Positions 29,547 to 39,478 of a stretch of DNA of 64,000 nt are shown in pieces. Position 1 is the first letter of the stretch. Every line of letters starts with the position of its first letter. The notes beneath the pieces are model-generated. The model was not told the origin of the DNA, did not search any database, and worked only from the letters and a program-made list of their open reading frames with translations. The stretch lies in the NCBI GenBank assembly GCA_964419075.1, contig CAYQOH010000001.1, positions 22 to 64,021 on the forward strand. The letters run 5' to 3'. The position numbers and the translations under genes were made by a program. Source of the stretch: an uncultured Opitutaceae bacterium. Its GTDB lineage: Bacteria > Verrucomicrobiota > Verrucomicrobiia > Opitutales > Opitutaceae.

Positions 29547-31019
29547 TCAGGCGAAGATTCCGCGGGCGATCTTGCCGTGGACGTCCGTCAGCCTGAAGTC
29601 ACGGCCCTGGAACCGGTAGGTGAGCCGCTCGTGGTCAATGCCAAAGGCCGCGAGCATCGTGGCGTGGAGGTCATGGACATGCATCTGCTGCGCGTCGTCG
29701 ATGTAGCGGTAGCCGAGCTCGTCCGTCGAACCCCAGCTGATCCCGCCGCGTATGCCGCCGCCCGCCATCCAGGCGGAGAACGCGTTGATGTGGTGGTCGC
29801 GGCCCGTGCCCTGGCCCATCGGGGTGCGCCCAAACTCGCCGCCCCAGAGCACGAGCGTGTCGTCCAGCATCCCGCGCTGCTTGAGGTCCTTCACCAGCGC
29901 CGCGCTTGCCTGGTCCACCCGCGTGCAGACGTCCTTGATGTCGGTGTCCAGGTTGCCGTGCTGGTCCCACCCCCGGTGGTACAGCTGGATGAACCGCACC
30001 CCGCGCTCGGCCATCCGGCGGGCCATGAGGCAGTTCGACGCGAACGACCCGTCCCCGGGCTCCTTCACCCCGTACATGTCGCGGACTGACTGGGGCTCGC
30101 TCGCGAGGTCGGTGAGCTCGGGCACGCTGGTCTGCATCTTGAACGCGAGCTCGTACTGCGCCACGCGCGTCTGGATCTCCGGGTCGAGGGTCTCCTCCTC
30201 GTGCACGCCATTCAGGCGCGCGATCTCATCGATCACCTGGCGCTGGGTGCTCTGGCAAACGCCGTCGGGGCTCCCCACGTAGTGGACCGGCATGCCCCGG
30301 CTCTGGAACTGGACGCCCTGGAAGCGGCCCGGAAGGAATCCGGCAGACCACTGGCGCGCCGAAACGGGTTGCTCGCCGCCTGAAGGCCCGTGGGACATGA
30401 GCACCACAAAGCCCGGAAGGTCGTCGGCCTCGGCCCCCAGGCCGTAGAGGAGCCAGGAGCCCATGCTTGGCCGGCCCTTCACCATGGAGCCCGCGTTCAT
30501 GAAGGCGTGGGCGGGATCATGGTTGATCTGCTCGGTGTGGAGCGAGCGGATGACGCAGATGTCGTCGGCGATCTGCTGGGTGTGCGGCAGGAGGTCCGAG
30601 ATCCACTGGCCGGAGAGCCCGCAGCGGCTGAAGTTGAACGTCGATCCCCGGGCGATGAGCTTCGTGTTCTGAAGCTGCGCCAGCTGCTGGCCGTTCGTGA
30701 ACGAGGCCGGGAAAGGCTGTCCGTGGATCCTCCGGAGCTCGGGCTTCGGGTCGAGAAGGTCGATGTGCGAGGGTCCCCCCGCCATGTAGAGGTGGATCAC
30801 CCGCTTCGCCCTCGGAGGGAAGTGAAGCGACGGCAGGCACCCCATCCATCGCCCGTCCGGGCCCGGGGCCGCCGATGCGCCAGCCCCAAGGAGGCGGGGG
30901 TTCAGGAGCGATCCCAGGGCGAGGGCGCCCAAGGCCTGGGCGGACTTGCCAAGGAAGGTGCGGCGGGACCATTCCACCTGGTGCTCGCGCAGTACCTTGG
31001 GGTCAAAGGGAAGGTTCAT
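29547..31019 (-). CDS. DUF1501 domain-containing (sulfatase-fold) protein
   Basis: Tat-like N terminus RRTFLGKSAQALGALALG. VIHLYMAGGPSHIDLLDPKPEL and GGEFGRTP are classical DUF1501 blocks. Confidence 0.85.
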   Translation of the reverse strand: MNLPFDPKVLREHQVEWSRRTFLGKSAQALGALALGSLLNPRLLGAGASAAPGPDGRWMGCLPSLHFPPRAKRVIHLYMAGGPSHIDLLDPKPELRRIHGQPFPASFTNGQQLAQLQNTKLIARGSTFNFSRCGLSGQWISDLLPHTQQIADDICVIRSLHTEQINHDPAHAFMNAGSMVKGRPSMGSWLLYGLGAEADDLPGFVVLMSHGPSGGEQPVSARQWSAGFLPGRFQGVQFQSRGMPVHYVGSPDGVCQSTQRQVIDEIARLNGVHEEETLDPEIQTRVAQYELAFKMQTSVPELTDLASEPQSVRDMYGVKEPGDGSFASNCLMARRMAERGVRFIQLYHRGWDQHGNLDTDIKDVCTRVDQASAALVKDLKQRGMLDDTLVLWGGEFGRTPMGQGTGRDHHINAFSAWMAGGGIRGGISWGSTDELGYRYIDDAQQMHVHDLHATMLAAFGIDHERLTYRFQGRDFRLTDVHGKIARGIFA

Positions 31020-31024
31020 GGGAC

Positions 31025-34000
31025 CTAGTAGCGCACGATGGCCTCGTTTAGGTTGATGAGGACCCGGGCGACGGACGTCCAGGCCGCGAGCATGGCCGGG
31101 TCGGCCGACGCCGGAGGGGAATGGATCCCGACGGAAAGGAGCTTCTTCGCCTCGTCCGGCCTGCCCGAATAATAGGCAAGCTGCTCCTTGAAGAAGCCCT
31201 CAAGGGAGCTCGCCTCCCTTGGCTCGGGCGGGCGCGAAAGGAGCCTCCGGAAGGCGACATCGAGGGAGGCCGAGAACGGCGCCGACGGGCCGGCGGCCAT
31301 GGCCTCCTCCGCCAGGCCCCGGGCAGCCTCCACGAACGTGGGGTCATTGAGCAGTGTCAGTGCCTGCTGCGGCGTGCTGGAGACGATGCGGGAGGCCGTG
31401 CACTCCTCGCGCGACGGCGCGTCGAAGTTCGCGAGCATCGGGTGAAGGAACGTGCGCTGCCAGTGCATGTAGACGCCCCGTCGGAATTCGCGCTCGTCGG
31501 TGTCCGCGACGTAGTCGCGGTCGGGGAACTGGAGGGCTGCATAGTAGCCCTCGGGCTGGTACGGGTGAACGCTGGGCCCGCCGACATCGAGGGTGATGAG
31601 TCCCGCGGCAGCGAGGGCGTTGTCCCTGACGAACTCGGCCTCGAGCCTTCGCGGCGTCTGGTGGGCCAGAAGGCGGTTGTTGGGGTCGATGTCGGCGAGC
31701 TCGGGGCGATACTGCGAGCTCTGCCGGTAGGTCCGCGAGGTGACGATCCGCCTGACCATCGCCTTTACGTCCCAGCCGCTGTCCATGAAGTCCACGGCGA
31801 GCCAGTCGAGGAGCTCAGGGTGGCTCGGGTATTCGCCCTGGAGCCCGAGATCGTCGACCACGGAGGAGATCCCCGTCCCGAAGTACTGCTTCCAGAGGCG
31901 GTTCATGAAGGCCCGCGCCGTGAGCGGGTTGTCGCGGGAGACGATCCAGTTGGCGAGGTCGAGCCTCGTGAGCCGGGCCGCGCCCGGTGAGGCGTGCAGA
32001 CCCGGCAGGAACGCGGGCGGCGAGGGCTGCACCACCTCGCCCGTCTCATCCTGCCAGTCGCCCCTGTGGAGGACGCGGGTCACAAGGGGCGTGGTGGCCT
32101 CCGTCACGAGGGTGAACGCCCTCCCGTCCCGGCATTCGGCGATGCCTCGGACGGTCGAGAGGAGCGAAGCGAACTCGGGTCGGTGGCCGGCTCCGGTCGA
32201 CCGGAAACACTCGGCGGCAAGGGGCAGGATGGCGTCGGCGCAGGAAGGCGTCCCCAGAAGGGCTAGCGCCTCACCGTCGGCCTTCGATCCTGGCAAGGGC
32301 ACGCCGAGGGGGGAGACCGAGAAGCGAACGCGGCCGACCTCCTCGCTCTTCACCTTTGCGACGACCTTGTCGCCGGCCTTGAGCACGAGCGGCTCGGCGA
32401 GGATGTAGTCGGCGGACTGGGCCTCGTGCACGCGCGAGGGATCGGACCGCCACTCCGCGACCACCGAAACCATCGCATGGCCGTTCTCGTAGCTCGTGGT
32501 GCGCTGGTTGGCGTAGGCGTCCGCCAACTTGATCGGCTCGGGCGTGCTGCTCCCTGCCCTCAGGACCGAGAGCTCAAGCTGGAGGGAGAAGAGATTGACG
32601 CTCGCGAAGAACCCGCCCGCGTTCTCGTTCGTGACCCGCCCGCCGAACTTAGCGTCGGGCAGGGCCTCGAGCCTCACCCGGGCGACCGGCCCCTCGCCCC
32701 CGGCGAGCGTCACGGTCGCGCTGTCGCCGGACCTGCTGGCGTTTGCGTCCCTCACGAACTCGATCCGCACGCTGTCGTCGGGAAGAATCGCGACGGGCGC
32801 CTTGGCGTTGAGCGAGGTGTCGGACCCTTCGTGGGCGGCGTGCGCCTCCACGGGGTGGAGGACGGGCCAGCCTGAGGGTCCCGAGGCTGCCTCGCGCGCG
32901 GCGGCCCGGGCCCAGTCGCGGACCGCCTGCGCGGCCGCCGGGTCCGAGGCCATGGCCCTCGCCATCTCGCTAACGATCGAGCGATATTTCACGACGAGCC
33001 GGTCCTGGCGCGCCTTCAGGTAGGGGCTGTCGACCTCGATCTCGGGCGGGAAAGGGGAGTCGTTCGTGTAGCCCGAGAGCTCGGGCTCCGGCGTGTAGTC
33101 GTAGTCGGCGTAGACGCCCCACTGCTTCACGTCGGCGAAGAACGCAGCCATGGCGTAGAAATCCCTCGACTTGAAGGGGTCGAACTTGTGGTCGTGGCAC
33201 TCGCAGCAGCCCATCGTCGAGCCGAGCCAGACGGTGGAGACCGTCCGCACTCGGTCGGCGGCGTACTTTGCCAGGTATTCCTTGGCCTGCGCGCCGCCCT
33301 CCCGGGTCACCATGTTCAGGCGGTTGAAGCCGCTCGCCGTCTTCTGCCTGTCGGTCGCGTTGGCAATCAGGTCTCCCGCGAGCTGCTCGCGGGTGAATTC
33401 GTCGAAGGGCTCGTTGCGGTTGAAGGCGTCGATCACGTAGTCGCGGAAAGGGAAGTCGTTGAACTGCTGGTCGCCGTGGAAGCCGACCGTGTCGGAGAAG
33501 CGCGCGAGGTCGAGCCAGGCGACGGCCATGCGCTCGCCGTAGTGGGGCGACTCGAGCAGGTGGTCGACCAGCCTGTCGTAGGCGTCCGGGCGGGCATCCC
33601 CGACAAAGGCCTCCGTCTCCCCCGGTGTGGGCGGAAGCCCCACAAGGTCGAGATAGAGCCTGCGGACAAGCGTGCGCTTGTCCGCCTCAGGGGAGGGGCT
33701 GACGCCCCGTTCGGCCAGCTCCTTGCGGATGAACGCGTCAATCGGGTTCGCCGGGTGGCCCGCGGAGTCCGGGGGCGCGAGCTTCCTCGGCGGGATGTAG
33801 GCCCAGTGCGGCTCATATTTCGCGCCCTGCGCAATCCAGAGTTTCAGGATCATGCGGTCGCGCTCGGAGAGAAGGTGCAGCGAGTCGGGAGGGGGCATGG
33901 CGACCGCGGGGTCCTTGGAGCTGATGCGCCTCCACACCTCTGAACCATCGGGTCTTCCCGGAACTATCGGCGTGTACTTCCTCCCGCTCTTGTCCGTCCG

Positions 34001-34213
34001 CTCCCTCGCTGCGTCGTCGGGGAGGTCGAGCCTCAAGTTCGCCTTGTTTGCCTTGGGATCGGGACCATGGCACTTGAAGCAAGTGTTTGCCATGATCGGC
34101 CGCACGTCGCGGTTGAATTGCACGGCAGCCGGCACCGACAAGTCGGCCGGCGATCCTCCCGCGAGCGCGGTGGCGGCCATACCGGAAGAAAGCACTACAC
34201 GAAGCCGGAGCAT
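31025..34213 (-). CDS. PSCyt2 / DUF1549 / DUF1553 (PSD1) domain protein
   Basis: CFKCHGPDPKANKANLRLD (PSCyt2), NPIDAFIRKELAERGVSPSPEADKRTLVRRLYLDLVGLPPT (DUF1549) and HPELLDWLAVDFMDSGWDVKAMVRRIVTSRTYRQSS (DUF1553). Start taken at the ATG at 34213; the frame is open to 34291. Confidence 0.9.
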   Translation of the reverse strand: MLRLRVVLSSGMAATALAGGSPADLSVPAAVQFNRDVRPIMANTCFKCHGPDPKANKANLRLDLPDDAARERTDKSGRKYTPIVPGRPDGSEVWRRISSKDPAVAMPPPDSLHLLSERDRMILKLWIAQGAKYEPHWAYIPPRKLAPPDSAGHPANPIDAFIRKELAERGVSPSPEADKRTLVRRLYLDLVGLPPTPGETEAFVGDARPDAYDRLVDHLLESPHYGERMAVAWLDLARFSDTVGFHGDQQFNDFPFRDYVIDAFNRNEPFDEFTREQLAGDLIANATDRQKTASGFNRLNMVTREGGAQAKEYLAKYAADRVRTVSTVWLGSTMGCCECHDHKFDPFKSRDFYAMAAFFADVKQWGVYADYDYTPEPELSGYTNDSPFPPEIEVDSPYLKARQDRLVVKYRSIVSEMARAMASDPAAAQAVRDWARAAAREAASGPSGWPVLHPVEAHAAHEGSDTSLNAKAPVAILPDDSVRIEFVRDANASRSGDSATVTLAGGEGPVARVRLEALPDAKFGGRVTNENAGGFFASVNLFSLQLELSVLRAGSSTPEPIKLADAYANQRTTSYENGHAMVSVVAEWRSDPSRVHEAQSADYILAEPLVLKAGDKVVAKVKSEEVGRVRFSVSPLGVPLPGSKADGEALALLGTPSCADAILPLAAECFRSTGAGHRPEFASLLSTVRGIAECRDGRAFTLVTEATTPLVTRVLHRGDWQDETGEVVQPSPPAFLPGLHASPGAARLTRLDLANWIVSRDNPLTARAFMNRLWKQYFGTGISSVVDDLGLQGEYPSHPELLDWLAVDFMDSGWDVKAMVRRIVTSRTYRQSSQYRPELADIDPNNRLLAHQTPRRLEAEFVRDNALAAAGLITLDVGGPSVHPYQPEGYYAALQFPDRDYVADTDEREFRRGVYMHWQRTFLHPMLANFDAPSREECTASRIVSSTPQQALTLLNDPTFVEAARGLAEEAMAAGPSAPFSASLDVAFRRLLSRPPEPREASSLEGFFKEQLAYYSGRPDEAKKLLSVGIHSPPASADPAMLAAWTSVARVLINLNEAIVRY

Positions 34214-34741
34214 AGGGGCGGATGCCCGAAAGGAATGCCGTATGATTCGAAGGCTGCTTGCGCCTACGGTGGCAATACGGTGGCCATGCATGGGCGTGAG
34301 CGCAACAGGCTGGGATCGACTTCCAAGTCAAATCGTCACCCACCCGTTGCAGCCCTGCCATGGGTCCGGCCCTTGCTGATCCCAAGCACTCCGCGAGCGG
34401 ATCCCCCGTTTCAAGCGGCCCCTTATGGCGGTCTCGGTGGATTTCCCTTGGGTCTGCGAGATTCGTCGTGCGCAAACCGAGCGGTCCTAGAGCTCTCTTC
34501 GGGTCATATCCAATTATACAACATATTGATCGACAGCGGCAAGGGCTGGGATCCCGACAAGGGACTCTTCAGCTGCCGACCGCATACCGATATATGGGGC
34601 TCGAATGAGCACGGGGGGAGATGCGGGATCTGCTGCTCGATGTTGCTCCATATTGCTCGTAGGTGCATATTCGAGATCACCCTTCCGACTCACATAAGTT
34701 GCGGATTAAAAATATCATCTGAGTGTTTCCAAGGATCTTGA

Positions 34742-34790
34742 TTTGGGTGTAGGGCTTGGATTTGTAGCAGCGGCCTTCAGGTTATGAGCC
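34742..34790 (-). repeat. decayed copy (A) of the 3' half of a tRNA-Met(CAU) gene
   Basis: About 49 nt aligns with copies B and C with roughly 8-9 mismatches or indels, counted by hand. This includes a perfect 17-nt match (CCTTCAGGTTATGAGCC) covering the anticodon loop CTCATAA in tRNA sense. The T-arm is degenerate and there is no 5' half. Confidence 0.55.
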
Positions 34791-35262
34791 GAGTCGTTCC
34801 ATATCCACATGTTGGCGTAATTATGAAGTGGCCGCCAGGAACCGACTGGGAGGAACAGGTACGGGGTCGAGAGGGGTAGCGGATGAGCCGTGTGAACCAT
34901 TACGGGGATTTGCGGTCCGGCGTTTGGTTTTGGGATCACTGCGCCTGATCGATTATTGGGTGGTCGTGTGCGCAGGAGCAGCCGGAGGGTTGCCAATCAT
35001 CCTATATTCAATGCCTATCATTCAGGCTTCGATTCCATTTCAACAACCGCCGGCTCATAGTTAAGGCGTCATTCGGGGCGCCTATGGCAGCGCTCCAGCA
35101 ACCCCGATTCAATTGATTCCCCGATCGCATAATCCATTGGACCACGCACTCCTTCGCGGATGATTCCGCCTAATCCAGCCACGACCCGGGAGAGGCGCGC
35201 AATCCGCAGATCCGGTCTGTTCATCGGATGATCTTACAGGGGCGGCCAAGCTTCCACGGTAG

Positions 35263-36123
35263 ATGAAATCGGAAAATAGGAAATCCAAGGAAATCAGGGT
35301 CGGAATCGCCCAGATCTTTGCGTTGGATGGCGACCGTTCAGGGAATTTCGCAAGGATTGAGAATGCCGTGGTCGAGGCCAAGGCGATGGGTGCTCAAATT
35401 GTGACGTTTCCCGAGTCTTGCATCCTCGGCTGGGAGAATCCCGCGGCGCATGTGCGCGCCCATGCCATTCCTGGGCCAGACTCCGATCGGTTATGCGCCT
35501 TGGCACGCCGACACCGAGTCTACCTCTGCGTCGGCCTCGATGAGAAGGACGGCGATCGGCTCTTTGGGGCGTGCATCTTGGTGGATGATCGCGGCGAGCT
35601 GCTCGCGAAGCACCGGAAGGTGAATGTGCTTCCGGAACTGATGACGCCGCCGTATTCGGTTGGGAGGGGGGCGAGCGTAGTCGAAACCCCTTTGGGAAGA
35701 ATCGGGATCCTGATCTGCGCCGACTCCTTTCTGGAGGAACTGCTTCAGGAGACGCGTGCGGCGCATCCCGATATCATGCTGATCCCATACGGCTGGGCGG
35801 CGCCTGAGGACAAGTGGCCCGAACACGGCAAGAATCTGTGTGACACGGTGATTTCGGTGGCCTCGAAGGTCGGATGCGTTGTGGTTGGGACCGACCTCGT
35901 CGGGTCGATCACGAACGGGCCGTGGTCCGGACAGGTTTACGGAGGGCAGAGCGTGGTGGCGGAGGAGGGCGGGAGGGTCCTGCATGTCTGCAGGGACAGG
36001 GACCGGGATGTCGTGGTGGTCGCGGTGAAGCCAGGCCGACGGTCAAGTACGGAGGAAGGACCACGAGATGCGCGGGACACTTTTCCTGCCGGAGAGACCA
36101 GCAACGCGGAGGTCTCGCGATGA
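35263..36123 (+). CDS. carbon-nitrogen hydrolase (nitrilase superfamily) protein
   Basis: Glu-Lys-Cys triad context: VTFPES, HRKVNV, ILICADS. The stop overlaps the next start as ATGA (36120-36123). Confidence 0.8.
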   Translation: MKSENRKSKEIRVGIAQIFALDGDRSGNFARIENAVVEAKAMGAQIVTFPESCILGWENPAAHVRAHAIPGPDSDRLCALARRHRVYLCVGLDEKDGDRLFGACILVDDRGELLAKHRKVNVLPELMTPPYSVGRGASVVETPLGRIGILICADSFLEELLQETRAAHPDIMLIPYGWAAPEDKWPEHGKNLCDTVISVASKVGCVVVGTDLVGSITNGPWSGQVYGGQSVVAEEGGRVLHVCRDRDRDVVVVAVKPGRRSSTEEGPRDARDTFPAGETSNAEVSR

Positions 36124-37553
36124 CCGATCAAGCAACCCGCTTTACAGATCCCGAGGACAGGCTGCCACGCCGCGAGAAGATAGCATACGGACTGGGCACC
36201 GCAAACGACACGTGGGGCCATTGGCTGTACCCGGGCGTGGCGTACGCGATCTTCAACATCTACCTAGGGCTTGGACCCAGCCTTGTGGGCCTTGCGCTCG
36301 CCCTTATCCGGCTTTTCGACGCCGTTTCTGACCCGGTGTTCGGCTGGCTTTCCGACAATGCCCGTAGCCGGTTCGGCAGGCGGCGGCCCTTTATCCTCGC
36401 AGGCTCCGTCATAGGGGGGATTGGCCTTCCCTTCCTGTTCCTCGTGCCCTCATCGATTCGCGGCTCGTCGCTGTTCTGGTGGATGCTGATCTCGAACCTG
36501 CTCTACCTGCCGCTCATCAGCTGTTTCAACATGGCCTATCAGAGTCTCGGCGCTGAGCTGACCCCGGATTACCACGAACGCACCAGCGTAAATGCATTCA
36601 AGGCGGCCATCTCGAAGATCTTCGAGGTCACGACATTCGCCGCCCTGCCGTTCACGAACCTCTGGTTCTTTAGGAGCGCGGTCGACGGGAAACAGAACAC
36701 CCTCCTCGGGATCCAGGTCTACGCGGCGATTCTCGGGATGCTGATGGCCGTGATCGGCGTGGTCATCTTCTTCAACGTGAAGGAACGTTACTATAAGAGC
36801 GTCGCGTCCCGCCATCAGGAGACGGTGTCCATCAGGGACTCGATCTACGCGGCGATGGGTTGCCGGCCCTTCAGGCTGATCCTCTTTATCAACCTTTCGT
36901 TCACGGTGGGGACCGGAATGCTCAGCACCCTCGGATACTACATGACGATCTACTACGTGAACCAAGGCAACACCGTCGCGGGCAACAATTGGAACGGGCT
37001 GATGGGGCTCTCCTACATGCTGCTGGGTTTCCTGGGTGCGCCGTCGCTCGCCTGGATCGGCCGGCGAACCGGGAAGCGGGCGGCCATGTTCTATGCTCTC
37101 GGCATCGCCCTTTTCGCCTTCGGCGGGAACTGGTTCTGGTACAGCCCAAGGTTCCCTTGGCTGCAGCTGGTCGGCTCGGGAGCGGGTGCCTTCGGAAGCG
37201 CGGGGATTTCCATGATTGTGGGCTCCATGGTGGCGGATGTGATGGACTATGACGAGTTGGGCACGGGAAAGAGGCGGGAGGGCGCATTCTCAGCCTGCAA
37301 TTCGTGGATCAACAAGGCCGGCGGCGCAGCCGGCTATTTCATTGCCGGCCAGATCCTCAACGTCATCGGGTTCCACGCCGGATCGGTGGGCCCGCAGTCG
37401 GCCCACACGTTGGCGCTGTTGCGGGCGGCGGTCATTGCCGGGCCGATCCTAGGGATTGGCCTGGGTGCATTTTTGCTTTTGCGGTTTCCGCTCACGCAGG
37501 AGAGCATGCACGCGATCCGTCTCGAACTTGAGGCGCGGCGGGGCAAAATCTAG
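36120..37553 (+). CDS. MFS transporter, glycoside-pentoside-hexuronide (GPH):cation symporter family
   Basis: LFDAVSDPVFGWLSDNARSRFGRRRPFIL is the GPH signature, with about 12 TM segments. Confidence 0.8.
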   Translation: MTDQATRFTDPEDRLPRREKIAYGLGTANDTWGHWLYPGVAYAIFNIYLGLGPSLVGLALALIRLFDAVSDPVFGWLSDNARSRFGRRRPFILAGSVIGGIGLPFLFLVPSSIRGSSLFWWMLISNLLYLPLISCFNMAYQSLGAELTPDYHERTSVNAFKAAISKIFEVTTFAALPFTNLWFFRSAVDGKQNTLLGIQVYAAILGMLMAVIGVVIFFNVKERYYKSVASRHQETVSIRDSIYAAMGCRPFRLILFINLSFTVGTGMLSTLGYYMTIYYVNQGNTVAGNNWNGLMGLSYMLLGFLGAPSLAWIGRRTGKRAAMFYALGIALFAFGGNWFWYSPRFPWLQLVGSGAGAFGSAGISMIVGSMVADVMDYDELGTGKRREGAFSACNSWINKAGGAAGYFIAGQILNVIGFHAGSVGPQSAHTLALLRAAVIAGPILGIGLGAFLLLRFPLTQESMHAIRLELEARRGKI

Positions 37554-37582
37554 GCGTCGGCCATCCAACAACACGCGCAACG

Positions 37583-39454
37583 ATGGGACTATGGAGTACT
37601 CTGGAGGAAGGGATCCTCCTTTTCCGAGACAGTTGCAACGTCTATGCCGTTCGGGGAACCAATGGGCGCTGGCTGATTGTCAATGCCGGAACGGGCGCAG
37701 CCGCGGCACACGTGTCCGAGCTCGGGGAGGTGCGCGGCGTGACGGTCCTATTGACCCACCACTTCAGGGACCATTCGGCGGGCGCCGCCCGATTCCTGTC
37801 GCAGGGGGCCGAAGTTGTGGCCCCTTATTGGGAGCGGGGCCACATGGGCGGCGCTCAGACCGAATCTCGCTCGGGCGACAACTGGCTGCTCTACAACCTC
37901 GCATGGGACAGGTTCGCCCCGATTGAACCCCTGCGCATCTCCCGCTGGGTGATGGACTATGAGACCACGGAGACAGCGGGTCTGAGCGTGCAGGTGGTCC
38001 CCGCGCCCGGGGTGACCATGGGCGCCGTCACCTACGTCGTTGATAGGCCGATGGGCCGCAGGGTTGCCTTCGTTGGCGAACTCATGTGCGCCGAAGGGAA
38101 GATCCCCCGGTTGTCGCCGCTTCAATACGAATACAATGACCTGATGGGAGGCCAGAACGTGCTGGCGTCGTTGAGCCGGGTGCTGGCATTGGGCCCCGCC
38201 GCTGCATACCCAAGCCTGGGTGATCCCATCGGCGACCTAGCGTCCGGGGCTGCGCGGCTTCGGGCCAATCTTGAGCGGTTCGATTCAATCCAGCCCGGCT
38301 ACGCGGCGCGGCTCAGAGGATCGGAGGACGGGATAGAGGAGGTGATTCCCAGGCTCTACCGAGCGAAATCATCGATTGCCGAGACCCATTTCATTCTAGG
38401 GCGCTCCGGCAGGGTGCTTGCGCTCGACTATGGCTATGCGACTGCCGGGGTCGCCCTGCCTCGCCGAGCGGCCTTCTCGACGCGAAGGACGCTTCTTCAC
38501 AGCGTGGAGGCGCTGGGACAGCTCACCGGACGGGCGCGCATCGACACCGTGGTCGCGTCCCATTACCACGACGACCACATAGGCGGCGTTGGGCTCCTCC
38601 AAAGGCTCTTCGGGACCGAGCTCTGGGCCGGGGAGAACTTTGCCGACCTGATCGAACGCCCCGCAGAGTTCAACCGTCCCTGTCTCTGGCCCGAGGCCAT
38701 CGGTGTGAACAAACGCCTCCCCTTGGGCGAGGCTGTAAGGTGGGAGGATGTCTCGATCACGCTGCACCCCATGGTCGGGCACACCGAGTTCTCGACGCTT
38801 CTGCTAATCGAGTTCGAGGGGCACCGCGTGGCCCACACCGGGGACCAGTATTTCTACCAAACGTCGTCCGGCCAGAACAGCGCGCCGCATGCCGGGGGCG
38901 CCGTCTTTACGAACCATGTTTACAGGAACGGCTTGGCGCTTGGCGGGTATGCCCACTGCCTGAGCCTGCTGCGGGCGTTTGAGCCCGAGCTGATCCTCAG
39001 CGGCCATGCGGTCCCGTACCGGCCGGATGCGGAAGCCTGGCGGCAGCTCGAGCGGGCTTCGGTTGAGTTCGACGCCATTCACAAGGCGCTCATGCCCATC
39101 GGCGAGGAAGAGGTGCATTTTGGCCCGGAGAGCCGGGCGGCGATGCTGCAACCCTACAGCCTCCACATGCCCGGCGCCGGGGGCACAGTGCGCATCCACG
39201 GATGGGTCCTGAACCCCTTCAACCGGAAGGTGCGGGCAAGGCTTCGCTTTGAGACACCCTACCCGGGATGGTCTGCGGCGCCCATCGAGCTGGCCCTGGG
39301 GGGCCGTCAGAAGTGCGCCTTCGAGGGCACGCTGGGCGTGCCACCCGGCACGCGTTGCCGGAGGTTACCCATAGCCCTCGACCTCGATGTGGACGGCAGG
39401 CCCTTTGGCCAGGTCGCGGAGGCATGGGTCACCGCCGGGTTCGATTCGTTCTAG
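37583..39454 (+). CDS. tandem metallo-beta-lactamase-fold protein
   Basis: The N-terminal domain has a degenerate motif, LLTHHFRDHSAG. The second domain has the canonical VVASHYHDDHIGG (HxHxDH). No signal peptide. Confidence 0.65.
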   Translation: MGLWSTLEEGILLFRDSCNVYAVRGTNGRWLIVNAGTGAAAAHVSELGEVRGVTVLLTHHFRDHSAGAARFLSQGAEVVAPYWERGHMGGAQTESRSGDNWLLYNLAWDRFAPIEPLRISRWVMDYETTETAGLSVQVVPAPGVTMGAVTYVVDRPMGRRVAFVGELMCAEGKIPRLSPLQYEYNDLMGGQNVLASLSRVLALGPAAAYPSLGDPIGDLASGAARLRANLERFDSIQPGYAARLRGSEDGIEEVIPRLYRAKSSIAETHFILGRSGRVLALDYGYATAGVALPRRAAFSTRRTLLHSVEALGQLTGRARIDTVVASHYHDDHIGGVGLLQRLFGTELWAGENFADLIERPAEFNRPCLWPEAIGVNKRLPLGEAVRWEDVSITLHPMVGHTEFSTLLLIEFEGHRVAHTGDQYFYQTSSGQNSAPHAGGAVFTNHVYRNGLALGGYAHCLSLLRAFEPELILSGHAVPYRPDAEAWRQLERASVEFDAIHKALMPIGEEEVHFGPESRAAMLQPYSLHMPGAGGTVRIHGWVLNPFNRKVRARLRFETPYPGWSAAPIELALGGRQKCAFEGTLGVPPGTRCRRLPIALDLDVDGRPFGQVAEAWVTAGFDSF

Positions 39455-39478
39455 GGGCGTAACCGCCGCACCCCTCCC

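Noticed and set aside
35051-35080. Possible fourth tRNA-like fragment on the plus strand (GGCTCATAGTTAAGG, and GGCTTCGATTCC nearby)
   Set aside because: Only a short resemblance to the anticodon loop and a T-loop-like string. The flanking bases cannot form the corresponding stems, so it is probably chance.
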